Shown one piece after another: positions 62,875 to 64,000 of a DNA stretch of 64,000 nucleotides; position 1 is the first letter of the stretch; each line of letters starts with the position of its first letter. The stretch spans positions 32,823 through 96,822 of the forward strand of contig JAMPEA010000004.1 in the NCBI GenBank assembly GCA_023665365.1, given 5' to 3'. Below the pieces are notes generated by a model, which saw nothing but the letters and a program-made list of their open reading frames with translations, made no database searches and had not been told where the DNA came from. Source of the DNA: Bacillota bacterium. GTDB lineage: Bacteria > Bacillota > Clostridia > Christensenellales > CAG-917. The translations under genes were made by a program, and so were the position numbers.

Positions 62875-64000
62875 CTATTCGCGGGCTTTGGTGATACAGA
62901 CGATGACCTCGGGTCTTTCGAGGGGCGCGGTTTCGTTGATTGCAAATCTGTCTCGGCTTATCTCGTCGTCAACGTACAGATATATCCGTTTATCCGCCCA
63001 AGCGGTTTCGATATGCCTCCCCAAGATGCCGCTTTGCAAAACCATATCGTAAAGCGACCTGCACACCCCGACGTAGGCTGTGTTGCACCTATGCGCAATC
63101 ATGAAGTCCACAAGTTCATTGCGCAACATAAACGCGAGCTGTGCGTCGCTGATGACAAAGCCGCTTCCGCACTCTTTGCAGGGTTGAAGCATAAAGTCGT
63201 CTATGGGAAGCCTCGTCTTTTTGCGGGTAAGCTCCACAAGCCCGAGCGGAGTCATTCCTACGGTGGTGGTTTTGAGCCTGTCGTGTTTGAGCGCGCGTTT
63301 CAGCTCCTCGACGACGGCGTTTCTGTGCGCCTCGCTTGCCATATCTATAAAGTCGATGATGACGATGCCGCTGATATTTCTTAGGCGCAACTGCTTTGCG
63401 ATGCACTCCGCCGCCGCCATATTCGTCTTAAACACGGTGTCTTCGAGGTCGTTCGTGCCCACGAATTTGCCCGTGTTCACGTCGATGACGGTGCAAGCCT
63501 CGGTCTTGTCGATGACGATATATGCGCCGTTTGACATACTCACCTTGCGCTCGCAAAGCTGATTTATCTGCGCGCTTATGCCGTAGTGCGACATTATGTT
63601 TCGCTCGCCGCTATACACCTCGATTTTTGCGCTTTCCGCCATGCCTTTAAGCGCGTCGGCGATAAACGCCTCGTTGACGATGATTTTTTCAACGTCCTCG
63701 TATATGCTGTCCCTAAGCGCGCGCTCGAAAAGCGTTCCCTCCTCGAAAACCACGCTTTTTTCGGGTGCGCGAGCGTAATCGGCAAGCACCTTATCCCAAA
63801 GCGCGACAAGCTGACCCGCGTCCTTTATAATATCCGCGTCGCTCGCGTTCTCCGCCGCCGAGCGGATTATAAAGCCCGACCCTATCGGACACACGGATTT
63901 TACAAGCTGTTCGAGATACTCTCTGCGCTTGTCGTCCTCTATCTTGCGCGAAACCCCTATAAACTCCGACGACGGCAGAAACACGAGGTAGTTGCCCGCA
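62875..64000 (-). CDS. rng: Ribonuclease E/G family protein (5' end outside the window)
   Basis: 'IVIDKTEACTVIDVNTGKF' and 'ISGIVIIDFIDM' catalytic-domain motifs are present. The frame stays open to the window edge upstream of the track's ATG. Confidence 0.85.
   Translation of the reverse strand, partial: AGNYLVFLPSSEFIGVSRKIEDDKRREYLEQLVKSVCPIGSGFIIRSAAENASDADIIKDAGQLVALWDKVLADYARAPEKSVVFEEGTLFERALRDSIYEDVEKIIVNEAFIADALKGMAESAKIEVYSGERNIMSHYGISAQINQLCERKVSMSNGAYIVIDKTEACTVIDVNTGKFVGTNDLEDTVFKTNMAAAECIAKQLRLRNISGIVIIDFIDMASEAHRNAVVEELKRALKHDRLKTTTVGMTPLGLVELTRKKTRLPIDDFMLQPCKECGSGFVISDAQLAFMLRNELVDFMIAHRCNTAYVGVCRSLYDMVLQSGILGRHIETAWADKRIYLYVDDEISRDRFAINETAPLERPEVIVCITKARE

Noticed and set aside
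1-64000. Search for tRNA, rRNA, transposase, integrase, prophage structural genes or cas genes.
   Set aside because: No T-loop (GGTTCRANYC-type) or acceptor-stem patterns, rRNA-like segments, DDE or tyrosine recombinase motifs were seen in any intergenic region or ORF. None is reported.

Overview
This 64-kb window looks like a chromosomal segment of a spore-forming, Clostridia-like Bacillota. The evidence is spoVT-yabM-mazG synteny, a SCIFF peptide/radical-SAM pair, and a DnaD-domain protein next to a DnaI-type loader. I support about 55 protein-coding genes, roughly 85% of them on the minus strand. Most are housekeeping: polA, coaE, pgk-tpiA-gpmI, trmL, dusB, holA, tcdA, cdaA, aspartate kinase, glyQS, rex, malQ, coaX and a partial RNase E/G gene. 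I saw no rRNA, tRNA, CRISPR array, transposase or integrase.

The most unusual content is non-coding:
- Two copies of a 270-330 nt intergenic element (6011-6279 and 22606-22937) have conserved blocks, variable hairpin insertions and compensatory base changes. I treat it as a candidate structured RNA and cannot assign it to any family I know.
- Two copies of a ~125-nt extended hairpin start right at the stop codons of pgk and tpiA. All of their stem differences are compensated.
- A family of CCCC...GGGG hairpins occurs as tandem arrays (47.6 kb and 51.6 kb) and as single terminator-like copies.

Coding-level points worth a second look:
- A 48-aa SCIFF precursor that is below the ORF-track cutoff, with a consensus promoter.
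- A stand-alone Cys/Gly-rich 62-aa two-helix peptide.
- A lower-GC islet with a zinc-ribbon membrane protein, an XRE regulator and an HTH-Fic protein, plus a triple dyad operator.
- A second AT-rich islet with two tandem XRE genes.
- cdaA translationally coupled to a DUF1015 gene.
- Large insertions in an amino-acid ABC ATPase and in PGK.
- A degenerate IPMDH-like protein next to an orphan ACP and a PPTase.

All functional calls come from motif and family recognition by eye, not from searches. Hand-derived coordinates of non-CDS features may be off by 1-2 nt.
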